From assembly GCA_016840065.1 (NCBI GenBank), contig JAEOTB010000091.1:1-64000 (forward strand): a stretch of 64,000 nt of DNA, read 5' to 3'. The stretch is from Candidatus Hermodarchaeota archaeon (GTDB lineage: Archaea; Asgardarchaeota; Hermodarchaeia; Hermodarchaeales; Hermodarchaeaceae). A program made the translations under genes and the position numbers. Within the stretch, counting starts at the first letter, position 1; the number at the start of each line of letters is the position of its first letter. The notes under the pieces are model-generated. The model saw only the letters and a list, made by a program, of their open reading frames with translations. It searched no databases and was not told where the DNA came from. This document shows positions 1 through 7,938 of the stretch, piece by piece.

Positions 1-221
1 ATTCAGCTTTCGCCTTTCTAGTCCGACGCTTACGCTTCGGCTTCTCCTCTACAGGCTCCTCCGCAGATTCAGCTTTCGCCTTTCTAGTCCGACGCTTACG
101 CTTCGGCTTCTCCTCTACAGGCTCCTCTGGCGGCTTCTCTGCAGACTCCTCCTCCGCCTTCTTCCTAGTCCGACGCTTACGCTTCGGCTTCTCCTCTACA
201 GGCTCCTCTGGCGGCTTCTCT
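1..221 (-). repeat. In-frame coding tandem repeat in the uS3 tail (core EEPVEEKPKRKRRTRK, at least 3 copies)
   Basis: Core ctagtccgacgcttacgcttcggcttctcctctacaggctcctc starts at 18, 84 and 165. Spacings of 66 and 81 nt are both multiples of 3. Confidence 0.95.
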
Positions 222-988
222 ACCGTCTCTGGTGGTACTGGACCCTCTTCTTCAGTAATTGTTTCTGCAGGAGTACCATCGATTTCTGTACTTTCTTCAC
301 TAGGCTCAACATATTCCTCAATAGAGGAAACCTCTTCCAATGGACCTTCTTCCTCAACTACTACTTCAGTGGGGGAGACAGGTGTTTCAGCTTCTCGATG
401 TTGAATTATTGGTTTATCAGGGCTAACTGCACCTGGTTTCATGATTCGTACTTGTATGCCAATAACACCTTGCTTCATAACTGCAGTTGCGATACCATGG
501 CTCACGTTCGTTCGTACAGGTTCGCCAGTTTTTGCAACGAAACCGCTACGGAATTTCTGATACCTGGATCGACGACTAGTAAGCTTTCCCTTGATGGTTA
601 TCTCAGCACCAGTAACCCCTGTATGCATGATACGTCGAAGAACACCATAGGATGCGCGGCGGAAGTGATCGCCACGTTCTAATCGTTGAGCGAGACGTTC
701 AGCCATAACAGCGCCGTTGTGTTCAGGGACCTCGATTTCGCTAACTTCGATTTGTGGTGACTCTAACTCGAATAGTTCCTCAAGGTCTAAAGTTAGTTGT
801 CGCACTGTCACTCCTCGCCTTCCAATTACCATCCCTGGGCGGGCGGCGAAGATAATTACACGAGTGCCTAGAGGAGTTTTATGTAACTCAACTCCTGAAT
901 AACCTGCCCTCGCTAACTCCTGACGTAAGAAATCGTCTATTCTGACGAGTAGAAGACCTCTATTAATGAAATGTACTTCTGCAGGCAT
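1..988 (-). CDS. rps3: 30S ribosomal protein uS3 with long acidic/basic repeat C-terminal tail (3' end runs off the window)
   Basis: Not in the ORF track. Manual translation from ATG at 988 gives MPAEVHFINRGLLLVRIDDFLRQELARAGYSGVELHKTPLGTRVIIFAARPGMVIGRRG (KH-domain signature of archaeal uS3). Lies directly downstream of rpl22, with no stop seen before base 1. Confidence 0.95.
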   Translation of the reverse strand, partial: MPAEVHFINRGLLLVRIDDFLRQELARAGYSGVELHKTPLGTRVIIFAARPGMVIGRRGVTVRQLTLDLEELFELESPQIEVSEIEVPEHNGAVMAERLAQRLERGDHFRRASYGVLRRIMHTGVTGAEITIKGKLTSRRSRYQKFRSGFVAKTGEPVRTNVSHGIATAVMKQGVIGIQVRIMKPGAVSPDKPIIQHREAETPVSPTEVVVEEEGPLEEVSSIEEYVEPSEESTEIDGTPAETITEEEGPVPPETVEKPPEEPVEEKPKRKRRTRKKAEEESAEKPPEEPVEEKPKRKRRTRKAKAESAEEPVEEKPKRKRRTRKAKAE

Positions 989-990
989 TA

Positions 991-1464
991 CTAGCCTTCC
1001 TCCGTTAATACCACTTCAATGTGGACAAGCTGCTCATCGTACGCTGTTGCCCGGCCATGCGCCCTCTCGATTATTCGGCGAAGAACCCTACCCGGGTAAG
1101 CCGAAATATGAGAAATTCTTAGACGTTCAAGGTCTAGACCCTTGAAGTCAGCATTATTCTCCGCGTTTTCAAGCACTCTGAGAATTTCCTTAGACGCTTT
1201 AATGGGGTAGCGACCAGAGTCAGCTTTGTGTAAACCCTTTCGATGGGCAACCTTTCTGTCATGGCGACGATAGGGTACTGCCTTCCGCAAAGCGATGACT
1301 TCCTCTAGATAGCTCTTCGCTGTTTCTAAGCGGAGACCACGTAACTCCTGACATACTTCACGTGCTGCTTTTGGAGAAATACGAATTTCGCGTCCGCTAG
1401 CCTTGGCGGTTTTATCAGGATCTAACCCAATGATGGAATAGCCATAATGAGGCATATGGTTCAT
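991..1464 (-). CDS. rpl22: 50S ribosomal protein uL22 (start may be ATG at 1455)
   Basis: ISPKAAREVC, VPYRRH, GRYPIKA, LENAENNA and RAHGRAT...HIEVVL motifs of archaeal uL22; followed by rps3. Confidence 0.97.
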   Translation of the reverse strand: MNHMPHYGYSIIGLDPDKTAKASGREIRISPKAAREVCQELRGLRLETAKSYLEEVIALRKAVPYRRHDRKVAHRKGLHKADSGRYPIKASKEILRVLENAENNADFKGLDLERLRISHISAYPGRVLRRIIERAHGRATAYDEQLVHIEVVLTEEG

Positions 1465-1497
1465 GACCTACTGGTTTTCTATTCATAAGCGCGTACG

Positions 1498-1594
1498 GAT
1501 TCAACATTGAGGAGCAAAGAACCGCATCGGCGGTGTTCCTTTTGCCTTGGGTGCTGAATCGACGGAACTCCTAGCTCCACCCGATAAGATGGAG
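1498..1594 (-). ncRNA. Candidate structured 5' leader of rpl22-rps3 (two hairpins)
   Basis: On the minus strand: CUCCAUCU-UAUC-GGGUGGAG (1575-1594), then a long hairpin GAUUCAGCA...GCAAA..GAAC..CGC-CGAU-GCG-GUUC-UUUGC...UGUUGAAUC (1498-1560). Both lie between a TATA box and the rpl22 start. Confidence 0.4.
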
Positions 1595-1619
1595 TGGAAG
1601 AGTGAGAAGCGATGTACCC

Positions 1620-1635
1620 TATATAAGAATTCTGT
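1620..1635 (-). promoter_or_regulatory. Putative BRE/TATA promoter for rpl22-rps3
   Basis: Minus strand reads CAGAATTCTTATATAG, which would place the start site near 1597, just before the first hairpin. Confidence 0.5.
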
Positions 1636-1642
1636 TCGCCCT

Positions 1643-2149
1643 TCATTCCTTTGACTTGAGAGTAAAGGGCTTGGAACCCGACAGCAGTTTCTCGGGCAGT
1701 ACATCTTTGTGTTTTTTTAGAAATGCAAGGTCAGCTTCTTTGTCACGCTGAGTATCTGGTAATAATTCCGGAACACCGACGATTCGGGATCCGATGGGAT
1801 AGAATCGTCCACACTTTTCGCATCGTAAAACACCTTCAAGTACCTCTAGCCTATGAAAAAAGTCTACAAGAGGCTGCATTGTTGCTGGTGTAGGTTTCTG
1901 CTTCGCTAGACCTGCAAAAGCAGTCCGTGCTGCTGCTAGCCATTTGTCTACATCTTTATTACTTGACAGATTGTGAATCGGTTTAAGAGAAGGCTCACTG
2001 AGCACACCCTTCTTGAAGTGGATTACCAACTCTTTTGCCAAGCTTGTTGATTCCTTCAACACGTTTGACTCAGCTTGAATTATATGGACGGAGAGGGGGT
2101 GCTCCTTACAGATTGGGCACGCTAGGATATTTAGTAGCCATGGCTTCAA
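1643..2149 (-). CDS. trm112: Trm112-family methyltransferase activator, long form (168 aa)
   Basis: Likely TTG start at 2149 gives MKPWLLNILACPICK...EVLEGVLRCEKCGRFYPIG...VPELLP, the split Zn-knuckle of Trm112. The upstream extension in the ORF track overlaps the + strand hydrolase and is unlikely. Confidence 0.85.
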   Translation of the reverse strand: MKPWLLNILACPICKEHPLSVHIIQAESNVLKESTSLAKELVIHFKKGVLSEPSLKPIHNLSSNKDVDKWLAAARTAFAGLAKQKPTPATMQPLVDFFHRLEVLEGVLRCEKCGRFYPIGSRIVGVPELLPDTQRDKEADLAFLKKHKDVLPEKLLSGSKPFTLKSKE

Positions 2150-2279
2150 CAAAGAACCCCCAGCAAGGGCTAGGTATTCCAGCCATCTTCCCACACAATC
2201 CTTCTTAAAGTATGCTGTTGCCTCTGGTGTTATTCCAGAAGAGGAGAATCTTTTTTCAGCGTTATACCAAGTTACACTC

Positions 2280-2825
2280 ATGCCGTCTTTGCTGGAACAC
2301 ATTGCCTTCTCTGGCCTCCTCGCGCTACCACTTGCTAGGAAACCTAAATGGATACTCGCCCTATGCTGGATTGCAGCACTCCCTGACTTTGACATCTTCT
2401 TAGGACTGCACCGTACAGCGTTTCACTCGCTGATAACCCTATTACCTGTCTGCATCGTCCTTGTTACAGCAGCACGTACCTGGTGCCCTGACTTCCTAGA
2501 ACCCGCCATTTTCACCTCATTCTGCTTGCTAAGCCACACAATCTTTGACTTTCTCGGTGGATACGTCGCACTTCTTTGGCCCCTCATCCCTTTCTCCCTA
2601 CAACTCAACATATACATTCTACTCATTAACACAGGCACAAACCTCATACCTCAACTCGTAATCGAACCCTTCATTGCCCCCCTCTCAGAAGTGACCGCCC
2701 CCGGCACAGCCTTATTGTTAAGTCCCCTAGATGTAACCCTTTTCCTCATCTTCATCGCACTAACAATCACCAGAGCCTGGCCTACTCTCCAGCCCAGCCT
2801 CCAACGCCTGCTCCGCCGCCACTAG
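2280..2825 (+). CDS. Membrane metal-dependent hydrolase (YdjM-like)
   Basis: N-terminal H, LPDFD, HRTAFHS and SHTIFD...G..LLWP motifs; hydrophobic helices. Confidence 0.8.
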   Translation: MPSLLEHIAFSGLLALPLARKPKWILALCWIAALPDFDIFLGLHRTAFHSLITLLPVCIVLVTAARTWCPDFLEPAIFTSFCLLSHTIFDFLGGYVALLWPLIPFSLQLNIYILLINTGTNLIPQLVIEPFIAPLSEVTAPGTALLLSPLDVTLFLIFIALTITRAWPTLQPSLQRLLRRH

Positions 2826-4669
2826 CCCGCGGCAACCTCACCTGCAAGACGGTAGACTCCTCGCCTAACTCGCAAAAACACGCCCTGATTCACCAACTTG
2901 ACCATCCTATCCGCCAAATACGCCTCATACCGATCCGAAACCAGCTGAGACAACACAGAATCAGCCCTCAACTCCTCCAAAGACACCTCACCACCCTTCA
3001 CCTCCGCCAAGGCGCAAATACGCACACGAATCACACCCGAATTCTTCAACTTCTCCGCAAACCCAACATCAAGCAGCCTCCGCTTCCGAACCACCTCCCG
3101 CCGACGACCACCCAACCACTCCTCAAACCCAACCTTCCCACTACCAAACCACCGATAACTCATCATCGCCTTCCCCAAAAAATCACACTGCTCATAACGA
3201 GGCGCCAAACCAGAACCAAAAGCCACAACAACACCATCACCCACCTCACGCACACCCCAACCAAGGAGCCCAGCCAAGGCAACCACCCAACGACCACTCA
3301 TCCACTGACGACCACCCCTAAGATAACCCCGAACAGTAGTCTCCGGAATACCAGCCTCCCGAGCCACAGCTGCAGCCGTCCCAAACCGCCCCAACAACTC
3401 CTCCCGCAAACGCCCAACAAACTCATTCGACAACACCAACCGGTCACCAACATCCCACCCTCTACTAAACACCCGCTCTAAGAACTGCCTACCAGCCATC
3501 GTCGTCTGATAATAAGTAGTAAACTTGCGCTTCTCGACCCTCCTCAACCACTCCTTCTTCCTGAGCCGCTGCACCACAGGATACAGGAAATCCTCCCGCA
3601 AAGTATACCTGCGCGCCAGATCACCCACGGAACCAGGCTCACCCAACCCCACCAAAACAAGAAAATCAAAATCAAACCCATCAAGCCCACGCTCCTGGTG
3701 AGCCACATCACACGCAAGCTGAAACCCCAATCTCTCGGCACGCTCTGGATGCGAAAACCCCACATGCTCCGAATACCAACCAAACAAAGGCCGAAACACA
3801 TCCAAAATAAACCACGACCGAAACGCCCGCACCTCACCAACAGACCCCACCAACTCCCCAAACTCCTCCGCCGACAAAGTAGCCCCCATCAACTCCAACA
3901 CCAGCGAACGAACCTGCTCAAGAATCGTCGACCCACCAGAAGTAAACCGAATACTATGCGCCCCCACATGCCCATCATCATCCCCAAACGTCCGCACCAT
4001 CTCCGCCTTCAACTCTAATGGCAGTTGAAGAAAACGCTCAGGAAGCGACCCCTCAACATGATCAAAACGAGCATCAGGGTACCAATGGCGAAGCGTATAG
4101 CCTATCCACTGTGTAAATGCAACATAAGAACGGGCTTTCTCACTGCTATCGATGTATAGACGAGAGCAGTTAGAAACATCGCCAAAGACACTTGAAAGTG
4201 TGTCAAGAAATTGTTCCCTTAAGAAAGAATTACCGTTTGTGTAATTAGGTGCCCGCGGCGTTTTGTATTCTTTTGGGAGGTAGCCATCACCAATCAGGTG
4301 AACTACGAGCCGGACAAGGTGTTTATTTTCAAGAATTGGGAGATTGGGAGAGTGTAACACTCCTGATCTACCATAGCCTTTCAGGGCGACTATGTGCTTC
4401 TCTATTTCATTTGGTGATACCCAAGAAACACCTTTCTCTAAAAGTAGAGAAACGGCATAGTCTAGAGTGGATAAAGGGAGAAAGGGGACATCAGTAATCC
4501 CTTTCGAGATTTTGTACCTTGGGAGATTGACTATTCCAACAATCGTGTCAGCTGGATAGAACTCTAATAGCGCATTTAGAAGTCGTGATAGGAAATCTGG
4601 TGTTACTTGTGCATATACAAGGTCATGGGGAAATTCAGAGATATGGAACTCGTGTACAGCTTCAGACAC
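2822..4669 (-). CDS. Free-standing LAGLIDADG-family endonuclease-like protein with C-terminal HTH/winged-helix domains
   Basis: Two LAGLIDADG-like helices (LVRLVVHLIGDGYL; EMVRTFGDDDGHV..IRFTSGGSTIL). Then a wHTH-like VGDLARRYTL...VVQRLRKKEWLRRV, a Cro-type TAAAVAREAGIPETTVRGYLRG, and terminal KLVNQGVFLRVRRGVYRL. No Hint splicing motifs seen. Confidence 0.7.
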   Translation of the reverse strand: MSEAVHEFHISEFPHDLVYAQVTPDFLSRLLNALLEFYPADTIVGIVNLPRYKISKGITDVPFLPLSTLDYAVSLLLEKGVSWVSPNEIEKHIVALKGYGRSGVLHSPNLPILENKHLVRLVVHLIGDGYLPKEYKTPRAPNYTNGNSFLREQFLDTLSSVFGDVSNCSRLYIDSSEKARSYVAFTQWIGYTLRHWYPDARFDHVEGSLPERFLQLPLELKAEMVRTFGDDDGHVGAHSIRFTSGGSTILEQVRSLVLELMGATLSAEEFGELVGSVGEVRAFRSWFILDVFRPLFGWYSEHVGFSHPERAERLGFQLACDVAHQERGLDGFDFDFLVLVGLGEPGSVGDLARRYTLREDFLYPVVQRLRKKEWLRRVEKRKFTTYYQTTMAGRQFLERVFSRGWDVGDRLVLSNEFVGRLREELLGRFGTAAAVAREAGIPETTVRGYLRGGRQWMSGRWVVALAGLLGWGVREVGDGVVVAFGSGLAPRYEQCDFLGKAMMSYRWFGSGKVGFEEWLGGRRREVVRKRRLLDVGFAEKLKNSGVIRVRICALAEVKGGEVSLEELRADSVLSQLVSDRYEAYLADRMVKLVNQGVFLRVRRGVYRLAGEVAAG

Positions 4670-4775
4670 ACTAACGCCTCAAAATGGATTCAAAAAATCT
4701 TATTTTAAACCCAAGAAGACACCTCAAAGCGTAAAACATATGTCTAATATTTAGATTTATTATTTATTAAAAAAC

Positions 4776-5180
4776 TTACTTGAGGGGTACATATTGGCTT
4801 CCGCGGGTGGCTCCGATGCCTGGGTTGCCGTGGCGGACGGCTTTGTTGGTGGGGGAGTATTCTCCTAGGTAGTGGCCTATGTGTTCGGTTGTGATTGTTA
4901 TGGGTAGGTATTCTTTGCCGTTGTGGATGGCTATTGTGAGGCCGACCATTTCGGGGAGGATTATCATGTCGCGGTTGTGGGTTCGGATGGTTGGTTTTTG
5001 GCCTCTTTTTGCTTGTTGGCGTGCTTTTCGTAGGCGTTCGAGGAGCTTGCGCTGGCGGGGTGGGAGGCCGCGTCGTAGGCTTCGGCGTTGGCGGCTGGGT
5101 AGGAGTTGGATGAATTGGTCCATGGGCATTTTCTGGAGGGTTTCCAGGTCGTTTCCGCGGTATTTGAATTTCCTTGCCAT
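4776..5180 (-). CDS. rps19: 30S ribosomal protein uS19 (134 aa)
   Basis: ATG at 5180 gives MARKFKYRG...[13 protein letters not shown]...[16 protein letters not shown]...[10 protein letters not shown]...[18 protein letters not shown]. The longer ORF-track start overlaps the divergent epimerase. Confidence 0.97.
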   Translation of the reverse strand: MARKFKYRGNDLETLQKMPMDQFIQLLPSRQRRSLRRGLPPRQRKLLERLRKARQQAKRGQKPTIRTHNRDMIILPEMVGLTIAIHNGKEYLPITITTEHIGHYLGEYSPTNKAVRHGNPGIGATRGSQYVPLK

Positions 5181-5327
5181 TTCGTTTGTCACTGCTCCTC
5201 TTAGAGAGCTGGTTTCCTCATCTGGGCAGGGATTTTTAAGGGTTTTCCCCAGGGCTCCTCGGGGGGTGTTGGCTAGGGGAAGAATGATAAGGGGGTTCGG
5301 TGGGCTTGAGGAAAAAGGTGACATGGG

Positions 5328-6269
5328 ATGACTAAGTCTCAGCTTAAAGCACTGGTCACGGGGGCCGCTGGCTTCATCGGAAGCCACCTGGTGGATACCC
5401 TGTTGAAGCGCCAGTACCATGTGGTCGGGTATGATAACATGACGACTGGCCGCGTCTCGAATTTGGAGCACGCGATGGAGTCCAAGGTCTTCTCCTTGAT
5501 CAAAGGTGACATCCGGGACTTGGAGGATGTGCGCGCAGCCTGCAGGGATGTGGACGTCGTGTTCCATTTAGCCGCTGCCACTAAGGTAGCGGAATCTGTT
5601 CGCGACCCCCGGCTCTATCATGATGTGAACGTTACCGGCACACTCAACGTAATCACCAGCGCTACAAAGTCTGGTGCGAGGCGGTTGGTTTTCGCATCGA
5701 GTGCTGCTGTGTATGGTACACCAGGCGAGGTGCCCACGCCAGAGACAGCTCCAAGGGTCCCGCTGTCACCCTACGGGGCGAGTAAGGTTGCTGGAGAGCT
5801 GTTCTGCCAAACAATCACAGCCCATAACCCGACAGAGTCGGTGCTTCTCCGCTTCTTCAACGTTTATGGCCCAAGGCAACTAGCTGAAGGCGAAGCGGGT
5901 GTAGTGTGTAGCTTTCTTCACCGTGCCCTCGCTGGGGAGCCGTTGGTCATCTTTGGAGACGGTCACCAAACACGAGACTTCATCTACGTTGATGATGTGG
6001 TTGAAGCGATGATACGTTCAGCCACATATCAGATAAGAGACTCGCTACCATTCAATATCGGTACCGGACACCCCGTATCCATTTTGGAGCTGGCAAAAGA
6101 GGTCCAAAGACAGTGCCTTGACAGTTCATCGGAAATAGCCTTTGAGAAAACCCGGTCTGGCGACATATATCACAGTGTTGCGGCAGTAGAGAGGATGCAA
6201 CATCAACTCCAATTTAAGGCGGAGCACAATATTTCACAGGGTATAAGCAAAACTCTCGACCAGCTATGA
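5328..6269 (+). CDS. NAD-dependent NDP-sugar epimerase/dehydratase (GalE/WbpP-like extended SDR)
   Basis: [36 protein letters not shown]. Confidence 0.92.
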   Translation: MTKSQLKALVTGAAGFIGSHLVDTLLKRQYHVVGYDNMTTGRVSNLEHAMESKVFSLIKGDIRDLEDVRAACRDVDVVFHLAAATKVAESVRDPRLYHDVNVTGTLNVITSATKSGARRLVFASSAAVYGTPGEVPTPETAPRVPLSPYGASKVAGELFCQTITAHNPTESVLLRFFNVYGPRQLAEGEAGVVCSFLHRALAGEPLVIFGDGHQTRDFIYVDDVVEAMIRSATYQIRDSLPFNIGTGHPVSILELAKEVQRQCLDSSSEIAFEKTRSGDIYHSVAAVERMQHQLQFKAEHNISQGISKTLDQL

Positions 6270-6270
6270 C

Positions 6271-7917
6271 CTAGTTAGACTGGCCTCGGCGATAGAGTTG
6301 TACTACACCATTATTGAAGACGAGACATATTTCTGCTTGTGTAGCAAGCCAGTCCACGATATCCGTATCCAGAGGAGTCCACTGAACACCAGAGGGAAGC
6401 CAGAAACCATTCTCCTCCATAAAGGAATGGACCCCAGCGAAAGCGAAGGTTGTAGCATGATCCCCGCCCACAAATAACTGGATTCCCCCTGCCACGTCTG
6501 TATTTCGTTCTAAGTAGTATTCGAGATAGTATGTAAAGAGATGGTCTCCGACAATGACTGCATCAGTTGGTGCATGAGCTGCTAGCCACTGATTACTAAC
6601 CTGGATAGGGGGAGTTACACTACAACCGTAGCCAAAGAAAGGATCTCTGTTAAAAGCCAGAGTAGAAACTGGCAATACAGCAAGAAGTCCAATGATAAGA
6701 CCCGTCTGTACAATTCGAGTGCGCCGAGGATGCGAAGAAGCATATGCGAAAACACCAATCCCTGCGAGTGCCGATAAAGGTGCAAGTGAAAAAATGAATA
6801 ATCGATAAGTCAGAATTAGATTAACTGAAGAGTGGCCACTGAAGAAAGCGTAGAATGATATAGCAAAGAGAGCGAATACCCAAGAGGAGAAGAGGATTTT
6901 AACCTGTGTCGAAAGCTCATCAATGGATGCAAGACCCATCCAAGCAAGAGTAATCGTAGCTAATAGAGGAGCTAGTAGAAGAAGAGTAGGAGCAGGAAGC
7001 ACTGTAAGTGGAAAGATTGGGCGAAAGATAAGACTACCTGCCAATGCGATGACTGCTACAATCATTAACCCACCTAGCACTAATTTGAGATCAGTAGTCG
7101 TACCTGTGGCTAGGAGCCGGCGTAGGTTGAGAGCACCAAAGAGAACGATATATGCAAACAACCCCACAACAAGGCTGGTCGTATCTACTGGTAGTAAACC
7201 AGCACAGTTGAATATAACATAATACAACACGGCGAAGGCAAACACTGAGAAATATCCGAATGTTTGGAAGAGCCAAGACCATCGAGTTAGTTCTCCGCGG
7301 CGAAGGCTGAATATTTGCGTTGAGATAACTGCAAAAAGAAGGGCTGTACCTGCTACGAGAAATGTTAGGTGATGTATTGGAATAATTACACCTACACAAA
7401 TCACAACTGGTAAAACCCGTACCACTCGACTTGAAGAACGGGTGACAAAAGCGAAGAGCGCTGCAGAAAGAAAAAGACGAGCTAACCCTTCTTTATACGT
7501 AGTCCCCATTATCAGAGTGAGAGGACTAGCAAAGCCCATCAAGAGAAGGCTCGTTAACGCAATCAGTCCACTACCTGTTAGCCTGCGAATGAGTAGATAG
7601 AAGAAGACAAGAGAAAGGCTGCATAACAACGGAATGAGAAACTGTCCCACAGTGATAGTATCTATTCCGAGAAATGCTGAGAGGAGAGCGATAAGGATAT
7701 TCAACCCAGGCCAATGATCTGCATAATCACCCCAGATGTCGAAGTATCCCCATTGCAAAATACTGTCAGCTTTTGCTATATGCACCCACGGGTCAGGGAG
7801 ATAGGGGGCTGCTAACACGAATGCTGGGATTAGACGTAACCCAATGCACAGTACAAACGCAGCGACGGTTACAACTGCCTGTACATTATTCCAGAAAGGG
7901 TTTGTTGAAGTCTCCAT
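6271..7917 (-). CDS. Polytopic membrane protein, GT-C-like (archaeal DUF2206/DUF6541-type)
   Basis: About 13 TM segments, DPWVH after TM1, WPGLNIL, HHLT, and a soluble C-terminal WL...DAVIVGD domain. Shares these motifs with 47326-49041. Confidence 0.55.
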   Translation of the reverse strand: METSTNPFWNNVQAVVTVAAFVLCIGLRLIPAFVLAAPYLPDPWVHIAKADSILQWGYFDIWGDYADHWPGLNILIALLSAFLGIDTITVGQFLIPLLCSLSLVFFYLLIRRLTGSGLIALTSLLLMGFASPLTLIMGTTYKEGLARLFLSAALFAFVTRSSSRVVRVLPVVICVGVIIPIHHLTFLVAGTALLFAVISTQIFSLRRGELTRWSWLFQTFGYFSVFAFAVLYYVIFNCAGLLPVDTTSLVVGLFAYIVLFGALNLRRLLATGTTTDLKLVLGGLMIVAVIALAGSLIFRPIFPLTVLPAPTLLLLAPLLATITLAWMGLASIDELSTQVKILFSSWVFALFAISFYAFFSGHSSVNLILTYRLFIFSLAPLSALAGIGVFAYASSHPRRTRIVQTGLIIGLLAVLPVSTLAFNRDPFFGYGCSVTPPIQVSNQWLAAHAPTDAVIVGDHLFTYYLEYYLERNTDVAGGIQLFVGGDHATTFAFAGVHSFMEENGFWLPSGVQWTPLDTDIVDWLATQAEICLVFNNGVVQLYRRGQSN

Positions 7918-7938
7918 CTTGATAAACCCCCGATAGGC

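Noticed and set aside
1-221. Direct repeats resembling a CRISPR array
   Set aside because: Intervening sequences are not unique spacers, periods are multiples of 3, the repeats lie in frame within rps3, and there are no cas genes.
1498-1594. tRNA, H/ACA guide or SECIS
   Set aside because: No cloverleaf or TTCGA arm, no K-turn plus ACA box, and no in-frame UGA gene nearby. Kept only as a generic leader candidate.
2150-2395. N-terminal extension of the Trm112 ORF
   Set aside because: It overlaps the divergent hydrolase gene; the family-typical start MKPWLL begins at TTG 2149.
2822-4020. Diversity-generating retroelement (A-depleted coding strand)
   Set aside because: No reverse transcriptase and no TR/VR repeat pair; C is depleted as well as A.
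2822-4669. Intein or intron-encoded endonuclease
   Set aside because: No Hint block A or terminal HN-C/S/T motif, no flanking extein, and no interrupted RNA gene recognised.
5221-5327. G-run cluster (possible G-quadruplex or ORB G-string) in the rps19/epimerase divergent promoter
   Set aside because: Explained by the local G/T skew; loops are long and no ORB core inverted repeat is recognisable.
3544-5331. ORFs 3544-3861, 3698-4018, 4249-4497, 4879-5331 and the N-terminal extension of 4776-5567
   Set aside because: Shadow frames overlapping better-supported genes; the extreme strand skew depletes stop codons and favours such frames.
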